Source: an uncultured Candidatus Saccharibacteria bacterium
Lineage (GTDB): Bacteria; Patescibacteriota; CPR2; UBA1875; CAIMLA01
Direction: 5' to 3'
NCBI GenBank assembly: GCA_964594415.1
Contig: CAZQLQ010000006.1
Span: forward strand, 1 to 54,140
DNA length: 54,140 nt
In this document: positions 38,838-49,418 of the stretch, one piece after another
Numbering within the stretch: position 1 is the stretch's first letter
How the letters are laid out: each line of letters starts with the position of its first letter
Translations under genes and position numbers: made by a program
Notes under the pieces: model-generated
Told to the model about the DNA's origin: nothing
The model's database searches: none
Seen by the model: the letters and a program-made list of their open reading frames with translations, nothing else

Positions 38838-41217
38838 TTCTTACTTTCCCTCCATTTGCTTCTATTAGCGAAATTATTTTATTGGTCACAATATCAATAT
38901 CATTTTCATTTAATGTCTTCTTTTCGCTTTGTATATCTATTCTAATAGTAATGCTCTTTTTGTTTTCACTTAGAAGCTTGCCCCTGTATATATCAATCAC
39001 TTCTGTGCTTGATACTAGCTCATCTGAAGAGTTGACGATATCCAATAAATCTTGAACATTTTTATTATTATCCACAATAAAGGAAATATCCCTTACTACC
39101 TTTGGAAATTTGCTGAATGCTTGGTAGCTTACTTCTTTAGTTTTGAAAGAGAATAATTTATCGAGGTCTATCAAGAAAACCGCTGCATCTTTTTTGATGT
39201 CGAAGTCATTCAATATCTGTCTTTTTACTTCACCAATAGAGCCTATAACAACTTCTCCCATTATGATATCGCAAGCCCTTCCCTGATTATATATAGTATT
39301 TTCGCTTGGGCGAAATTCAATTCTTTCAGACGTAAAGCTATTACTTGCCAGCAAATTATCAACCAACCCCTTAGCCACATAAAAGTCATTTCCATCTGTA
39401 TATGTTATCGGCCAGCTTATTCCTCCAATCACCCCCCCAGAAAGCCATTTTCTTTCTTCTGGAAGTTCTTTTTCACTTTTATTGACAAAAACATTACCGA
39501 TCTCAAAAAATTGCAAAGTTTCTTTATTAAACTGATTATTTCTTAAAGCCGTTAAAATACCTGGAAGCAGACTAGTTCGCATATACTCCTGGGTAGAAAC
39601 CAAGGGATTTGCAATCCGTGGAGCCATTGAGATGTTTTCCCCAATATCAATAAGTTCTTTCTTGCCGAGAAAAGAATAAGTAAGGATTTCAGTCATACCC
39701 AGAGAGGAAAGAAGTGTTCGAATCCCTTTAGTAAATTGATACATTTTATTTTGCTTAGGTATCGTATCTCCGGTGGATGGCAACGTGGAGGTAATCCTAT
39801 CGTATCCATAGATTCTTGCAACTTCTTCGTAAACATCCGCTGATACAAGAATATCTTCTCTCCACCATGGAGGTGTAACTATAAATTTATCGTTATTTTT
39901 ATCGATCTTAAAACCAAGACTAAGAAGGATACTCTCTATCTCTTCAAGAGAAATACTTGATCCTAAAAATTTATTAATTTTACCAGAATCTACTTCTAAA
40001 GAACCAGCTTCTTTCTTTTTCTCAAATACATCTATCTTGCCCGAACAAACCTCTCCGTTAGCAATTTCAGCAAGTAAATGCGCCGCATGGTCTATCGCAA
40101 TATCGGGAAGATTAAAAGGAACACCTTTTTCAAATCGAGCGACCGCCTCGGTTCGAAGACCTAACGCTCTTGCCGTTCTCCTAATTGAAGCCTTATTGAA
40201 AACAGCTGCCTCAACAAGTATATTTTTCGTATTTTCGTCTATCTCAGAATTATTTCCACCCATTACTCCCGCAATAGCTATAGGCTTCTCCTTGTCTGCT
40301 ATAAGCAACATTCCATCTGCGAGGTCTCTTTCTTCACCATCTATTGTGGTTAGTTTTTCTCCATTTTTTGCAGCACGAACGATTATCTCTGCCTTTCCTT
40401 CCTTCTGATCTATTTTGTCTAAATCAAAGAAATGAAGAGGCTGGCCAAGCGCCAACATAACATAGTTTGATATATCAACCAGGTTGTTAATTGGACGAAT
40501 TCCACACGAGCTAAGTTTTTCTTTAAGCCAATCCGGCGATTCAGATATGGTTAAGTTTCTCACGATTCTAGCCTCGTATCTTGAGCATAAACTAAAATCT
40601 TCAACAACTACATTTGCAATATCATCGGTTTTTTGATCTACTTCTCTCAAAGTTGGTAATTTCGTCTTTAGTTCTGCCTTAAGACAAACCGCAACCTCTC
40701 TTGATAATCCCAAGACGCCCATACAGTCAGGACGATTTGCAGGAATATTAACATCTATGATTTCCTCGGCTTCTAGGTGTCCACTAAGCTTATCTCCAAT
40801 TACTGATTCAGACGGCAAGACCATAATCCCATCATGATCATCACTTATCCCAAGCTCTTTTTCGCTACAAATCATACCTTCTGAATCTATACCTCTTAGC
40901 GTTGCTTTTTTTATCTCAAAATCACCGATCTTTGCACCAACCAAAGCAACAGGGACTTTTTGCCCTTTTTCTAAATTTGGTGCACCACAAACTATTTGTA
41001 GCTCTTTATCTCCCACATTTACTTGTGCCACTCTTAGCTTGTCTGCATTTGGATGTTTCTCCACTCTCAGCACTTCGCCGACAACAATATTTTCAAAACT
41101 GGCGGCAGAAAGTACTTCCTCCACCTCAAGACCAACCATAGTCAGCTTGTCTGCGATACTACCTGCGCTTTCATTTGTTTCAACAAATTCTTTCAACCAA
41201 TTATAAGGTAACTTCAT
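38818..41217 (-). CDS. pheT: Phenylalanyl-tRNA synthetase beta subunit
   Basis: KHPNADKL, CGAPN, NRPDC, RFEKG, C-terminal FPKVVRDIS (FDX-ACB). Confidence 0.98.
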   Translation of the reverse strand: MKLPYNWLKEFVETNESAGSIADKLTMVGLEVEEVLSAASFENIVVGEVLRVEKHPNADKLRVAQVNVGDKELQIVCGAPNLEKGQKVPVALVGAKIGDFEIKKATLRGIDSEGMICSEKELGISDDHDGIMVLPSESVIGDKLSGHLEAEEIIDVNIPANRPDCMGVLGLSREVAVCLKAELKTKLPTLREVDQKTDDIANVVVEDFSLCSRYEARIVRNLTISESPDWLKEKLSSCGIRPINNLVDISNYVMLALGQPLHFFDLDKIDQKEGKAEIIVRAAKNGEKLTTIDGEERDLADGMLLIADKEKPIAIAGVMGGNNSEIDENTKNILVEAAVFNKASIRRTARALGLRTEAVARFEKGVPFNLPDIAIDHAAHLLAEIANGEVCSGKIDVFEKKKEAGSLEVDSGKINKFLGSSISLEEIESILLSLGFKIDKNNDKFIVTPPWWREDILVSADVYEEVARIYGYDRITSTLPSTGDTIPKQNKMYQFTKGIRTLLSSLGMTEILTYSFLGKKELIDIGENISMAPRIANPLVSTQEYMRTSLLPGILTALRNNQFNKETLQFFEIGNVFVNKSEKELPEERKWLSGGVIGGISWPITYTDGNDFYVAKGLVDNLLASNSFTSERIEFRPSENTIYNQGRACDIIMGEVVIGSIGEVKRQILNDFDIKKDAAVFLIDLDKLFSFKTKEVSYQAFSKFPKVVRDISFIVDNNKNVQDLLDIVNSSDELVSSTEVIDIYRGKLLSENKKSITIRIDIQSEKKTLNENDIDIVTNKIISLIEANGGKVRSGSGNK

Positions 41218-41229
41218 AACACTTTCTCT

Positions 41230-42228
41230 TTAAAATTGTTCCAAAAATCGCGTATCCGGATGCCAAAAAAATCTTACATCAGGTATCCCGTACTTTATCA
41301 TTGCAATTCTCTCAACCCCCATACCGAAAGCAAAGCCAGTATACTCCTCTGGATCTATTCCCATATTAATTAGTACTTGGGGATGAACCATTCCAGAACC
41401 CAGGAGTTCAAGCCATCCCGTATAACCGCAAGATCTACAACCCTTCCCACTGCAATGAGGACAGCTTGCGTCCATCTCGGCGCTTGGTTCAGTATATGGG
41501 AAGAAATTAGGGCGAAAACGAGTCTTAGTTTCGGAGCCAAATATTTGCTTCGTAATCATTTCAAGAGTTCCTTTGAGGTCACCAAACGTAATATTCTTGT
41601 CGACAACAAGCCCTTCTATCTGGTGAAAAACCCAACTATGAGTTGCATCTTCATTTTCATTTCTATGAACTTTCCCTGGAGAAATTATTCTAATCGGAGG
41701 CTTATTTTGCTCCATGTATCTAATTTGAACTGACGAAGTATGTGTTCTCGGTAAATTGCCATTCGTGAGATAAAATGTATCCTGCATATCCCTAGCTGGG
41801 TGATCGGCATGCATATTCAATGCCTCAAAGTTATGCCAGTCATCTTCCACTTCAGGGCCATCTACAATTTCGTAGCCTAGAGAAGAAAAGATGGTAAGTA
41901 ATTCATCCATAATTCTATTAATCGGATGTATGTGACCGATATTGTAAAGTCGCCCTGGTGCAGTAACGTCAATAAAAGGCAGCTCAAGAGAGCCAAGGGT
42001 TTTTTCTTTTTCTTCAATTAAAACGTTTATCTCTTTCTGTGCATTATTTGCCAAGGCGCCTATTTCTTTTCTTTCGTTTATCTCAAGAGTACCTAGACTC
42101 TTAAGAATAGTTCCCAGTGAGCTTTTTCGCCCAAGATATTTATGCCTGACCGCTTCCATATCGCTTGATTTTGCAAGAGCAATTTCTTTCTTTGCCTCTT
42201 CAAGAATCTCTAAAATTTCTTCTTTCAT
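41230..42228 (-). CDS. pheS: Phenylalanyl-tRNA synthetase alpha subunit
   Basis: HPARDMQDTF, RTHTS, FHQIEG, FFPYTEPS, GFAFGMG. Confidence 0.98.
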   Translation of the reverse strand: MKEEILEILEEAKKEIALAKSSDMEAVRHKYLGRKSSLGTILKSLGTLEINERKEIGALANNAQKEINVLIEEKEKTLGSLELPFIDVTAPGRLYNIGHIHPINRIMDELLTIFSSLGYEIVDGPEVEDDWHNFEALNMHADHPARDMQDTFYLTNGNLPRTHTSSVQIRYMEQNKPPIRIISPGKVHRNENEDATHSWVFHQIEGLVVDKNITFGDLKGTLEMITKQIFGSETKTRFRPNFFPYTEPSAEMDASCPHCSGKGCRSCGYTGWLELLGSGMVHPQVLINMGIDPEEYTGFAFGMGVERIAMIKYGIPDVRFFWHPDTRFLEQF

Positions 42229-42344
42229 AAAAATTTCTTCTGTAAATCATTAATAATAAAATTGGCTCTCATCCATAGTAAAGAATACACTAAAAAATGC
42301 TTCCTTGTAAAGCACAAACTCATATTTATTAGCATCTAAAGAGG

Positions 42345-42743
42345 TCAGAATCTACGAGGACGATTTTCGCTACGCTTAGTCGTCGAGCCGAAGTAAATAT
42401 CTAATGCTATTAACGAAACAGCGATAATCGCTACATCCCACCAGACGAGGAGGTCAAACCAGCCAAGGAGGAGAACAGAAACAGCAAGCAAGCCGACAAG
42501 AAGTCCTTGCCTCATAGAAATCTTTCTGTTTCTGAAGATAGCTTCGTTATTTGACGCCTTTCTTCGCAATAAATAACTAACTATGCTGAAAAGGAAAAAA
42601 ATCGAAAAAAAAGCCGATATTATCAGAGTAAAAACTAAAAAATTATTTTCACCCGGAGCCGTTTTCGTCAAAATCAACAAAACAACTATCGAAAAAATCA
42701 CAAATCCGGAAAACATAAACTTTATAAAGGGCCTACTTTCCAT
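42345..42743 (-). CDS. Hypothetical 4-TM protein, leaderless
   Basis: SMRQGLL motif; TG-T-TAACAT lies 6 nt upstream of the ATG. Confidence 0.75.
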   Translation of the reverse strand: MESRPFIKFMFSGFVIFSIVVLLILTKTAPGENNFLVFTLIISAFFSIFFLFSIVSYLLRRKASNNEAIFRNRKISMRQGLLVGLLAVSVLLLGWFDLLVWWDVAIIAVSLIALDIYFGSTTKRSENRPRRF

Positions 42744-42781
42744 AAAAATATGTTAACACAAAATTGGAATATTTTTTATTT

Positions 42782-43819
42782 CTAAAAATCGCTGTTTGGT
42801 TTGTCCAGTTCGAACAATTCCGAACCGATTGATTCTCCAGTAATTTTCATTACATCCTTATCAATCTTGGCGTATTCCTTATAAGCATTATTGTAGGTGT
42901 TCACTGTAGTTCCGAGGTTATCGCCAAGCTTCTTGAAATAAGATTCATACGAACTGAGATGCGTACCTAGCTTATGAATGTTCGCAACAATATCCTTTAC
43001 AGATTCTTCTACCGCAAGTGCTCTGAGGCCCTGAAGAACGGTCTGCAGATAAGCCGCAAATGAAGTTGGAGAAACTATTATGACTTTTTTTTCCTTGAAG
43101 GCATACTCTATCAAATCTCTAGTATTTACTTTCAGAGCTCCTATTTGATTGACTAAAAGGTCATAATATATACCCTCAGACGGGATAAACATAAAAGCAA
43201 AGTCCATAGTACCTTCTTTTGGTCGTATATATTTTGCAGTTTCGTCAATTCTGTTTTTGAGATCTTGCTTAAAAGCTTTTTGAAGAATCTCTCTCTTGCT
43301 CTCATCTTTTTCTTCGATAATCTTATTGTATTTCTCAAGCGAAAACTTTGAATCAATTGGAATTATTTTATCTTTAATAAAAATTACCGCATCGACAATT
43401 TCACCGTTTTTAAAGCCATATTGCATTTTATACTGATTTGGCTGAAAAAGGTTTTTAAGTAAAGTTTCAAGATAATATTCGCCCAAGATTCCTCTTTGCT
43501 TTGGATTCTTGAGTACCTGTTCGAGCCCGTTTAATTGCTCCGCCACTCCAACAATCTGCTTATTCGTATCTTCTAGCTTCACAAGTTTTTCAGTAACATC
43601 CCGAATGATTCCAGTGCTCGAACGGAATTGCTGCTGGAGAGCTTCGGTCGTTTTATCTAATCGTTCGTGCATGCCTTGAATGTTCTGGTTTAACATAACC
43701 AAAGAAGCGTCGTCCTTCTTTCGAGATAGTACTTCTAGTTTTTGACTAATAAAATAGGCAAGCATAGCGAAACCCAAAACAATCAGGCCGACAATAATCA
43801 AAAAATAATTCATATCCAT
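42782..43819 (-). CDS. rmuC: DNA recombination protein RmuC, leaderless
   Basis: KQRGILGE, PIDSKF, FAFMFIPSE, IVSPTS. Confidence 0.93.
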   Translation of the reverse strand: MDMNYFLIIVGLIVLGFAMLAYFISQKLEVLSRKKDDASLVMLNQNIQGMHERLDKTTEALQQQFRSSTGIIRDVTEKLVKLEDTNKQIVGVAEQLNGLEQVLKNPKQRGILGEYYLETLLKNLFQPNQYKMQYGFKNGEIVDAVIFIKDKIIPIDSKFSLEKYNKIIEEKDESKREILQKAFKQDLKNRIDETAKYIRPKEGTMDFAFMFIPSEGIYYDLLVNQIGALKVNTRDLIEYAFKEKKVIIVSPTSFAAYLQTVLQGLRALAVEESVKDIVANIHKLGTHLSSYESYFKKLGDNLGTTVNTYNNAYKEYAKIDKDVMKITGESIGSELFELDKPNSDF

Positions 43820-43862
43820 AGCTTAATTCTAAGTCTATTGTTTTTATTTACAAGTAGACAAT

Positions 43863-44144
43863 TTATTTTAACTGGACTCCCTCTATCGCTTGGTCAGTCA
43901 ATATAAAATGCTCGCTCTCCGACCTGCCCTCCGTAACAATAAAAGTAGTAGAGGTAGTAGAACTAGCCGCATTTATTGATTCTTCAGATAATTTTTTATT
44001 CAAGAAGTATACTAAAGCCATACTAATACAAATAACAAGAATCAAAAGGAATATAAAAATTACAAAAAAGATCTTTTTGTATCCCTTGAAAAAATCAAAT
44101 GTTTTCCTTAGATGCTTTTTCATCTTACAAATATTACTATTCAT
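43863..44144 (-). CDS. Small single-TM hypothetical protein
   Basis: Basic N-terminus, TM, S/T-rich tail. Confidence 0.55.
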   Translation of the reverse strand: MNSNICKMKKHLRKTFDFFKGYKKIFFVIFIFLLILVICISMALVYFLNKKLSEESINAASSTTSTTFIVTEGRSESEHFILTDQAIEGVQLK

Positions 44145-44649
44145 CTTTCTTTTTTACAATATACTGAATGATTGTTTTGGGAATCTTCGCATCAGGTTTT
44201 GTAAGATAGACTTCCTCATGATCTCCAGAAATTTCATACCCATTTTCGATAATAAATTTGTGTAAATTTTTTATTGTCTGTTCCTCTTCGGTATATTTTC
44301 CCTCATACAAAACTCCAGCAACTGTGCCGCCTTTCCAGATCTCCATATTGACAGAAATATCAGGATTCTTTTGGATTAAGTCGCTTTCCGTAACATAATC
44401 CGGAATTTCAACGCCCCAAATACCAGTCCATTCATTTTTTGGCTTCAAATGGGCATCAGGCCAAAAAGCGCTTAGTTTTCCAACCTCCATTTTGATGCCT
44501 TTCGGTTTAAATGTTTTGAATTTAGTTCCATAAACAGTTCCATAAAGTGCCCCTAATGCATCCTCGGAATCATTAGGGTCTCCGATTGTCGTAACAGTAA
44601 GAACTTTTCTATCTTTTATTGTATAGATTTCCGGAATAAATGCCTTCAT
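44137..44649 (-). CDS. GyrI-like small-molecule-binding protein
   Basis: ALYGTVY, LYEGKYTEE, HEEVYLT..TIIQY. Confidence 0.8.
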   Translation of the reverse strand: MKAFIPEIYTIKDRKVLTVTTIGDPNDSEDALGALYGTVYGTKFKTFKPKGIKMEVGKLSAFWPDAHLKPKNEWTGIWGVEIPDYVTESDLIQKNPDISVNMEIWKGGTVAGVLYEGKYTEEEQTIKNLHKFIIENGYEISGDHEEVYLTKPDAKIPKTIIQYIVKKKDE

Positions 44650-44669
44650 GCTTCCTCCTTTCTCATTAA

Positions 44670-44927
44670 TTAGTTATTGATCGTAGTTGAGGGAATTATT
44701 TTTTTATTCCCTTCATCAGTTAATTGTTGAGTAAAAGATCTGCCATCGGGAGTTGTACAGATTGGGGGATACATCTCCATAATTGGGTATCCTTGATTTG
44801 CGCATTCTTCAAAGCTATCAATATTTCTTATCCTCCTATCTTTTACCCAAAATAGGATAAACCCCAACACCATAATTGCAAGCAGAATAATGACAAACCA
44901 GACTATCCCATTACTTTTCTTAATCAT
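44670..44927 (-). CDS. Small anchored protein with C-x3-GYP-x-ME-x-YP-x2-C-x2-PDG motif
   Basis: TM followed by FEECANQGYPIMEMYPPICTTPDGRSF. Confidence 0.75.
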   Translation of the reverse strand: MIKKSNGIVWFVIILLAIMVLGFILFWVKDRRIRNIDSFEECANQGYPIMEMYPPICTTPDGRSFTQQLTDEGNKKIIPSTTINN

Positions 44928-45011
44928 TACTATTTTCCCCTTAAGTTAATTATAACCTAATATTTTGTTGTTGTAGGACGGTTTTGGCGTTAAAATATTA
45001 CTGGAGACATT

Positions 45012-46751
45012 ATGAATACTTCTCTTATAAATAAACTTACAAAAATAATTCTTTGTATTTTCGTATTCGTTTTGATGCCAGCGCCCAAACAAGCCATTGC
45101 AAGATCCGTAATAACGGATTGGTATATAAAAGATATGCATTCTGACATAATAGTAAATGAAGACTCTTCACTTCTTATTACCGAAACGATTATTGCCGAC
45201 TGTGGTAATTTGCCAGATAAACATGGAATTTTTAGAATCCTACCGACTATTTATAAATCCGGGCTGAAGGCTACCAAAACTCCGGTTGAGCTTATTAGCA
45301 TTGAAGACGTTTATGGGACAAGGCTTCCCTTTACTACAATTAACGATAGCCTAAACCATACTACTACTTGGAAGATAGGAGATCCCGATGTTACTGTGAC
45401 TGGAGAAAACTCCTATGTCATTACCTATCTTGTCAAAAATACTATTCGCTTTACAAATGAAAGTTTTGACGAGTTTTATTGGAACCTTAGCGGAAATTAT
45501 TGGGATATTGAGATTGATAGCTTCTCTTCAACGATTTATTTTCCCAATTCAATAACTAAGGAAAATGCGAAACTTAACTTATACAGTGGGAAAAAAGACG
45601 AAAATACTAATATGTATTCAACCTATAAATGGGAAGATGATAATACCTTGACTATAAGTTCGACAAAAACTCTTCCCGTAAGAACCGGCATTACGGCATC
45701 GGTTACTTTCCCTAAGAACATAATCAAACCTTACGAAATAACTTTCATTGAACAATATGGTGAGTATTTATTTTTGATGCTCCCGTTCTTTTCAATTATT
45801 ATTTGTTTGCTAGTTTGGAGAAAATATGGCAAAGACCCTGTCATCAATCCTACCATCGCTCCTGAATTTGAAATTCCAGAAAACTTCTCGCCAATCGAAA
45901 TGGGAATGATATATACAGACGGAATAATGAAAAAAGAATTCATATCCGCCTCGATAATAAGACTGGCAGTAAAAAAGCTGATAAAAATTGACGAAATAGA
46001 ACCGCAGGGACTATTTGAATCAAAGGATTTCAAACTTTCCTTAATAAGTAAGGATTTTTCAAAGCTAAATATAATCGAGATAGTCTTAATAAATAAACTA
46101 TTTGGAGATGATAAAAAAGAAATTACTATTTCAAGTCAAAAAAATAAATTCTATAAAAAAGTAGAAGAAATTTCTAAACAAGTCAAAGAAGATTTATATA
46201 AGAAAAACTTACTACTGAAAAGCTCTAGAGTTCTTCAGGCAATTTTTATTGGAGTTTCTGTTTTTCTATTTTTCTTTGGTGTAGGTATCGGCTCTGTTTC
46301 GATTTTTGGCAGTATCGGGATGATGGTTTCAGCGGTTATTTTCTTTATTTTTTCATTTTTCATGACAAAAAGAAACATAGAAGGCGCTGAAATGAAAAGA
46401 AGAATTGAAGGATTCAAGCTTTATCTCCAAACTGCAGAAAGATATAGACAAAAGTTTAATGAAAAAGAAAATATTTTTGATGAATTTTTGCCATATGCGA
46501 TTATGTTCAATATGACCAAGGAATGGATTAAAAAGATGAAAATTATGTATGGAGAAGAAAAATTTAACTCTTATGCGCCGTACTGGTACACTAGCTTTAG
46601 CTCTGGTGCCTTTGACGCAAATACCTTTACTGATTCCATTCAGAGCTTATCATCTGAAATAGCATCAGACTTATCTTCTTCTCCTTCGGGATCTGGCGGA
46701 GTCGGTGCTTCCGGAGGTGGCGGTGGAGGTGGCGGTGGAGGTGGCTGGTAA
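45012..46751 (+). CDS. DUF2207 family membrane protein
   Basis: HGIFR, FYWNL-GN-W, F(K)LYL..E..LPYA, C-terminal GGGGGGGGGGW. Confidence 0.92.
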   Translation: MNTSLINKLTKIILCIFVFVLMPAPKQAIARSVITDWYIKDMHSDIIVNEDSSLLITETIIADCGNLPDKHGIFRILPTIYKSGLKATKTPVELISIEDVYGTRLPFTTINDSLNHTTTWKIGDPDVTVTGENSYVITYLVKNTIRFTNESFDEFYWNLSGNYWDIEIDSFSSTIYFPNSITKENAKLNLYSGKKDENTNMYSTYKWEDDNTLTISSTKTLPVRTGITASVTFPKNIIKPYEITFIEQYGEYLFLMLPFFSIIICLLVWRKYGKDPVINPTIAPEFEIPENFSPIEMGMIYTDGIMKKEFISASIIRLAVKKLIKIDEIEPQGLFESKDFKLSLISKDFSKLNIIEIVLINKLFGDDKKEITISSQKNKFYKKVEEISKQVKEDLYKKNLLLKSSRVLQAIFIGVSVFLFFFGVGIGSVSIFGSIGMMVSAVIFFIFSFFMTKRNIEGAEMKRRIEGFKLYLQTAERYRQKFNEKENIFDEFLPYAIMFNMTKEWIKKMKIMYGEEKFNSYAPYWYTSFSSGAFDANTFTDSIQSLSSEIASDLSSSPSGSGGVGASGGGGGGGGGGGW

Positions 46752-46763
46752 AGATTGACTTTT

Positions 46764-46793
46764 AAAAAAAGTGGCACAAAAGCCACTTTTTTT
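46764..46793. terminator. Bidirectional terminator between convergent genes
   Basis: aaaaaaagtggc-acaaaa-gccacttttttt. Confidence 0.85.
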
Positions 46794-46794
46794 G

Positions 46795-47529
46795 TCACAA
46801 CCCAGACTGGCTGTCTGAGCTTGGATTCTCTTTCATTTTTTGTAACACAATACCTTTTAGGGTTTCTGCACTAATCTTACTCATTCCTGGAATATTGATT
46901 CTATTGCCATAAGAGCCAACCCCTGCGTCTTGATTTTGATTAGTTTTAGAGACGATTGCAAAAACGTCACCCCAGTCGTATTCTTTTTTTCCTCCTAGGA
47001 TTCCCTTGCCACCACCATCTGAGGCATTCTCAATCCGGAGCGTAGCCAATCCAAATATTCTGTCAAATAAATCTTGTTTTACAAAAATATTCTGGATTAC
47101 TCCGTAGGGCAAATTATGTTGCTTCTTGGAAATTACGCCCTGCCTAACAACAAAAAACTTGTCATCTGTTGAGTAATGGAAATTTGCCCGTATTAAGGCA
47201 TTTATAATTAGAGAAACCGGAATCATCGCTATTAGATATGGGAACCAATAACCGAAGAAAATAGCTATAATTGAAACAAAAATGATAATAATAAAAGTCT
47301 TGAAAATCCATAATCTGGTTATTGGATATTCTTTTTCGGTTGCAATAATGCCTGAGGCTTGAGAGATGTTAGTAAGAGGGGTTACCGATTCAAATGCTTC
47401 TTCTATGGCGCTACTTTGCCATCCCGCCTGCAATAGTGAGCTTATTATTTTTTCTTTGCTTACACCCCTTGCAAACTCGGAGTTAATATAATTTACTGCT
47501 TCGTTGTTTTCCATTTCATTTCCTTCCAA
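46795..47529 (-). CDS. Bacterial PH-domain (bPH_2/YdbS-like) membrane protein
   Basis: RQGVI...LPY..IQNIFVKQDLFDRIFGLA. Confidence 0.85.
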   Translation of the reverse strand: MEGNEMENNEAVNYINSEFARGVSKEKIISSLLQAGWQSSAIEEAFESVTPLTNISQASGIIATEKEYPITRLWIFKTFIIIIFVSIIAIFFGYWFPYLIAMIPVSLIINALIRANFHYSTDDKFFVVRQGVISKKQHNLPYGVIQNIFVKQDLFDRIFGLATLRIENASDGGGKGILGGKKEYDWGDVFAIVSKTNQNQDAGVGSYGNRINIPGMSKISAETLKGIVLQKMKENPSSDSQSGL

Positions 47530-47532
47530 AAG

Positions 47533-48105
47533 CTATTTATTTGTTGCCTGAACCGGGGAATCAGAGGCTGAAGGCGTTGTCGCTTTTTTCCCAATTCGTT
47601 CACTCACTGTTTCTAAAAGTTCCTTCCTTAGTCCATCAGCCGCCTCTTTCTCTACTCCGTCAATATGAGCAGCCATTCCTGATGATATTGTCGCGCTCGA
47701 TAAATGCACGTCATATAGCCCAAAAATCCTATCTAATAAGTCTTGATCAACATACACATCCTGAATTCTTTCATAAGGAATTGTTATCTCACTTGGAGTA
47801 ATCGGCCCTTTTCTTATAACTATATAATCAGGTGTTAGGTCATAAAAATAAACCGCATAATACCATTTCTCATAAAAATAAATTGTAGAGGTGACTAGTA
47901 AAAAAATCGCAAAGATTACCGAATATGTTGCCCATGAAATACTTCGAATCCCCTCATCAAAGGCAGAAATCGAGCCAAAAGTAAATACAAAGATAATCAT
48001 TATTATAAATATTATCCATATATAGACCGAGGATAATGTCTTCTTTATAACTTTTTTTGTACTTAATGGGAACTGTTCTCTCGTCTTGCTTGTCACTACT
48101 CGCAT
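47533..48105 (-). CDS. Bacterial PH-domain (bPH_2/YdbS-like) membrane protein
   Basis: RKGPI...IPYERIQDVYVDQDLLDRIFGL. Confidence 0.88.
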   Translation of the reverse strand: MRVVTSKTREQFPLSTKKVIKKTLSSVYIWIIFIIMIIFVFTFGSISAFDEGIRSISWATYSVIFAIFLLVTSTIYFYEKWYYAVYFYDLTPDYIVIRKGPITPSEITIPYERIQDVYVDQDLLDRIFGLYDVHLSSATISSGMAAHIDGVEKEAADGLRKELLETVSERIGKKATTPSASDSPVQATNK

Positions 48106-48214
48106 AATTTCTCCTTTTAAAATAACATAACTACTTCAATATAATAGTTTGAATAAATAGCTTTTTCAATAAATTTTGAAAAACTTCTCTATAATTATAA
48201 AAACCATAACGACT

Positions 48215-48790
48215 TTAGATCTCCTCGCCTTTCCTGAGAACGATATGTGAAGCACCAGTAAAATCAACTAAAGTTGAAGGCTCGGATTCTAAAATACCGC
48301 CATCAACATAAAAATCAGCATTTTCTCCAAAATAATCTATCGCCTCATCTATGTCTTTTGCTGGTTTTTGCCCTTCAGGATTCGCACTTGGTGCGACAAG
48401 AGGACCGGTTTCTTGGATTAATCCGACCAGCTCACTATCATTAGAAAAACGAAAAGCGATAGAATTCGCACCCCTGTGGAGATACTCAAATTTATCCCTT
48501 TCTACAGGTAAAATTACACTTACCTTTCCTGGCCAATGTTTCTGGAGAAATTCTAATTTTTCAGCACTTAAGCTAACTTTAAATTTTTCTAAATCAAAAA
48601 AGGAACCGATAAGAACGATTAATGGTTTCTTCGAATTTCTATCCTTAATCTCGTATATTTTCTCAACTGCTTTCCCATCAAGAGCTTTTGCCACAACGCC
48701 ATATATAGTGTCTGTTGGGATAACCCCGACACCACCACTATCTAATATTTCGGCAATTTCTTTTGAATTAAAGTCTTTAAAAATTTTCAT
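48215..48790 (-). CDS. tsaC: Threonylcarbamoyl-AMP synthase (Sua5/YrdC)
   Basis: PTDTIYG, IKDR-x-x-KPL, WPG, APSAN, STLVD. Confidence 0.93.
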   Translation of the reverse strand: MKIFKDFNSKEIAEILDSGGVGVIPTDTIYGVVAKALDGKAVEKIYEIKDRNSKKPLIVLIGSFFDLEKFKVSLSAEKLEFLQKHWPGKVSVILPVERDKFEYLHRGANSIAFRFSNDSELVGLIQETGPLVAPSANPEGQKPAKDIDEAIDYFGENADFYVDGGILESEPSTLVDFTGASHIVLRKGEEI

Positions 48791-49340
48791 AAATTGTTTC
48801 TTGAATATTACGAAAAATATTTAAGCCTTCTTCAGAAACTATCGTTTCTATGAATTGTTTTTTATCAGCTTCAGAAAGAACCAAAAGATCGTCAATAGGC
48901 CAAGCTTCAAACCCAATAGCGTGACCCTCCTCAATCTCAAGGGCCTGAACTCCCTTATCATAAAAAACGGCATAAACCGCGCGAATGACATTATTAATCT
49001 TATGTGTAATTGGATCGCTCCTGTTACTTCTAAGCATTTTGATAAATATTAGATCTTCTTTTTTTACTTTTACGCCAGTTTCTTCTTCAATTTCCCTTAG
49101 CGCTGCTTTTTCGTAACTATCTCCGATCTCAACATGTCCTCCAACTGTAGCATCTAGCAGATTTGGAAAAGTATCTGCTTTTTCCGAACGGCGTTGGAAA
49201 ATAATTTCATTTCTGGGAGTAAAAAACCAAACATGAATCTCTTGATGAAGCAGTCCCTTGGAGTGAATAGTCTCTCTAGACTCTTGTCCAATGATATTGC
49301 CCTCTTCATCAACAACATTTTTTTTACGAGTATCTTTCAT
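48777..49340 (-). CDS. NUDIX hydrolase (IDI-like)
   Basis: GGHVEIGDSYEKAALREIEEETG Nudix box. Confidence 0.9.
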   Translation of the reverse strand: MKDTRKKNVVDEEGNIIGQESRETIHSKGLLHQEIHVWFFTPRNEIIFQRRSEKADTFPNLLDATVGGHVEIGDSYEKAALREIEEETGVKVKKEDLIFIKMLRSNRSDPITHKINNVIRAVYAVFYDKGVQALEIEEGHAIGFEAWPIDDLLVLSEADKKQFIETIVSEEGLNIFRNIQETIYENF

Positions 49341-49418
49341 ACTTCTCCGAACAATTCTACAAATTAATATAAATTAAAACCAAAAACCTATAATCCATTA
49401 TTTACATAGCAATATTTC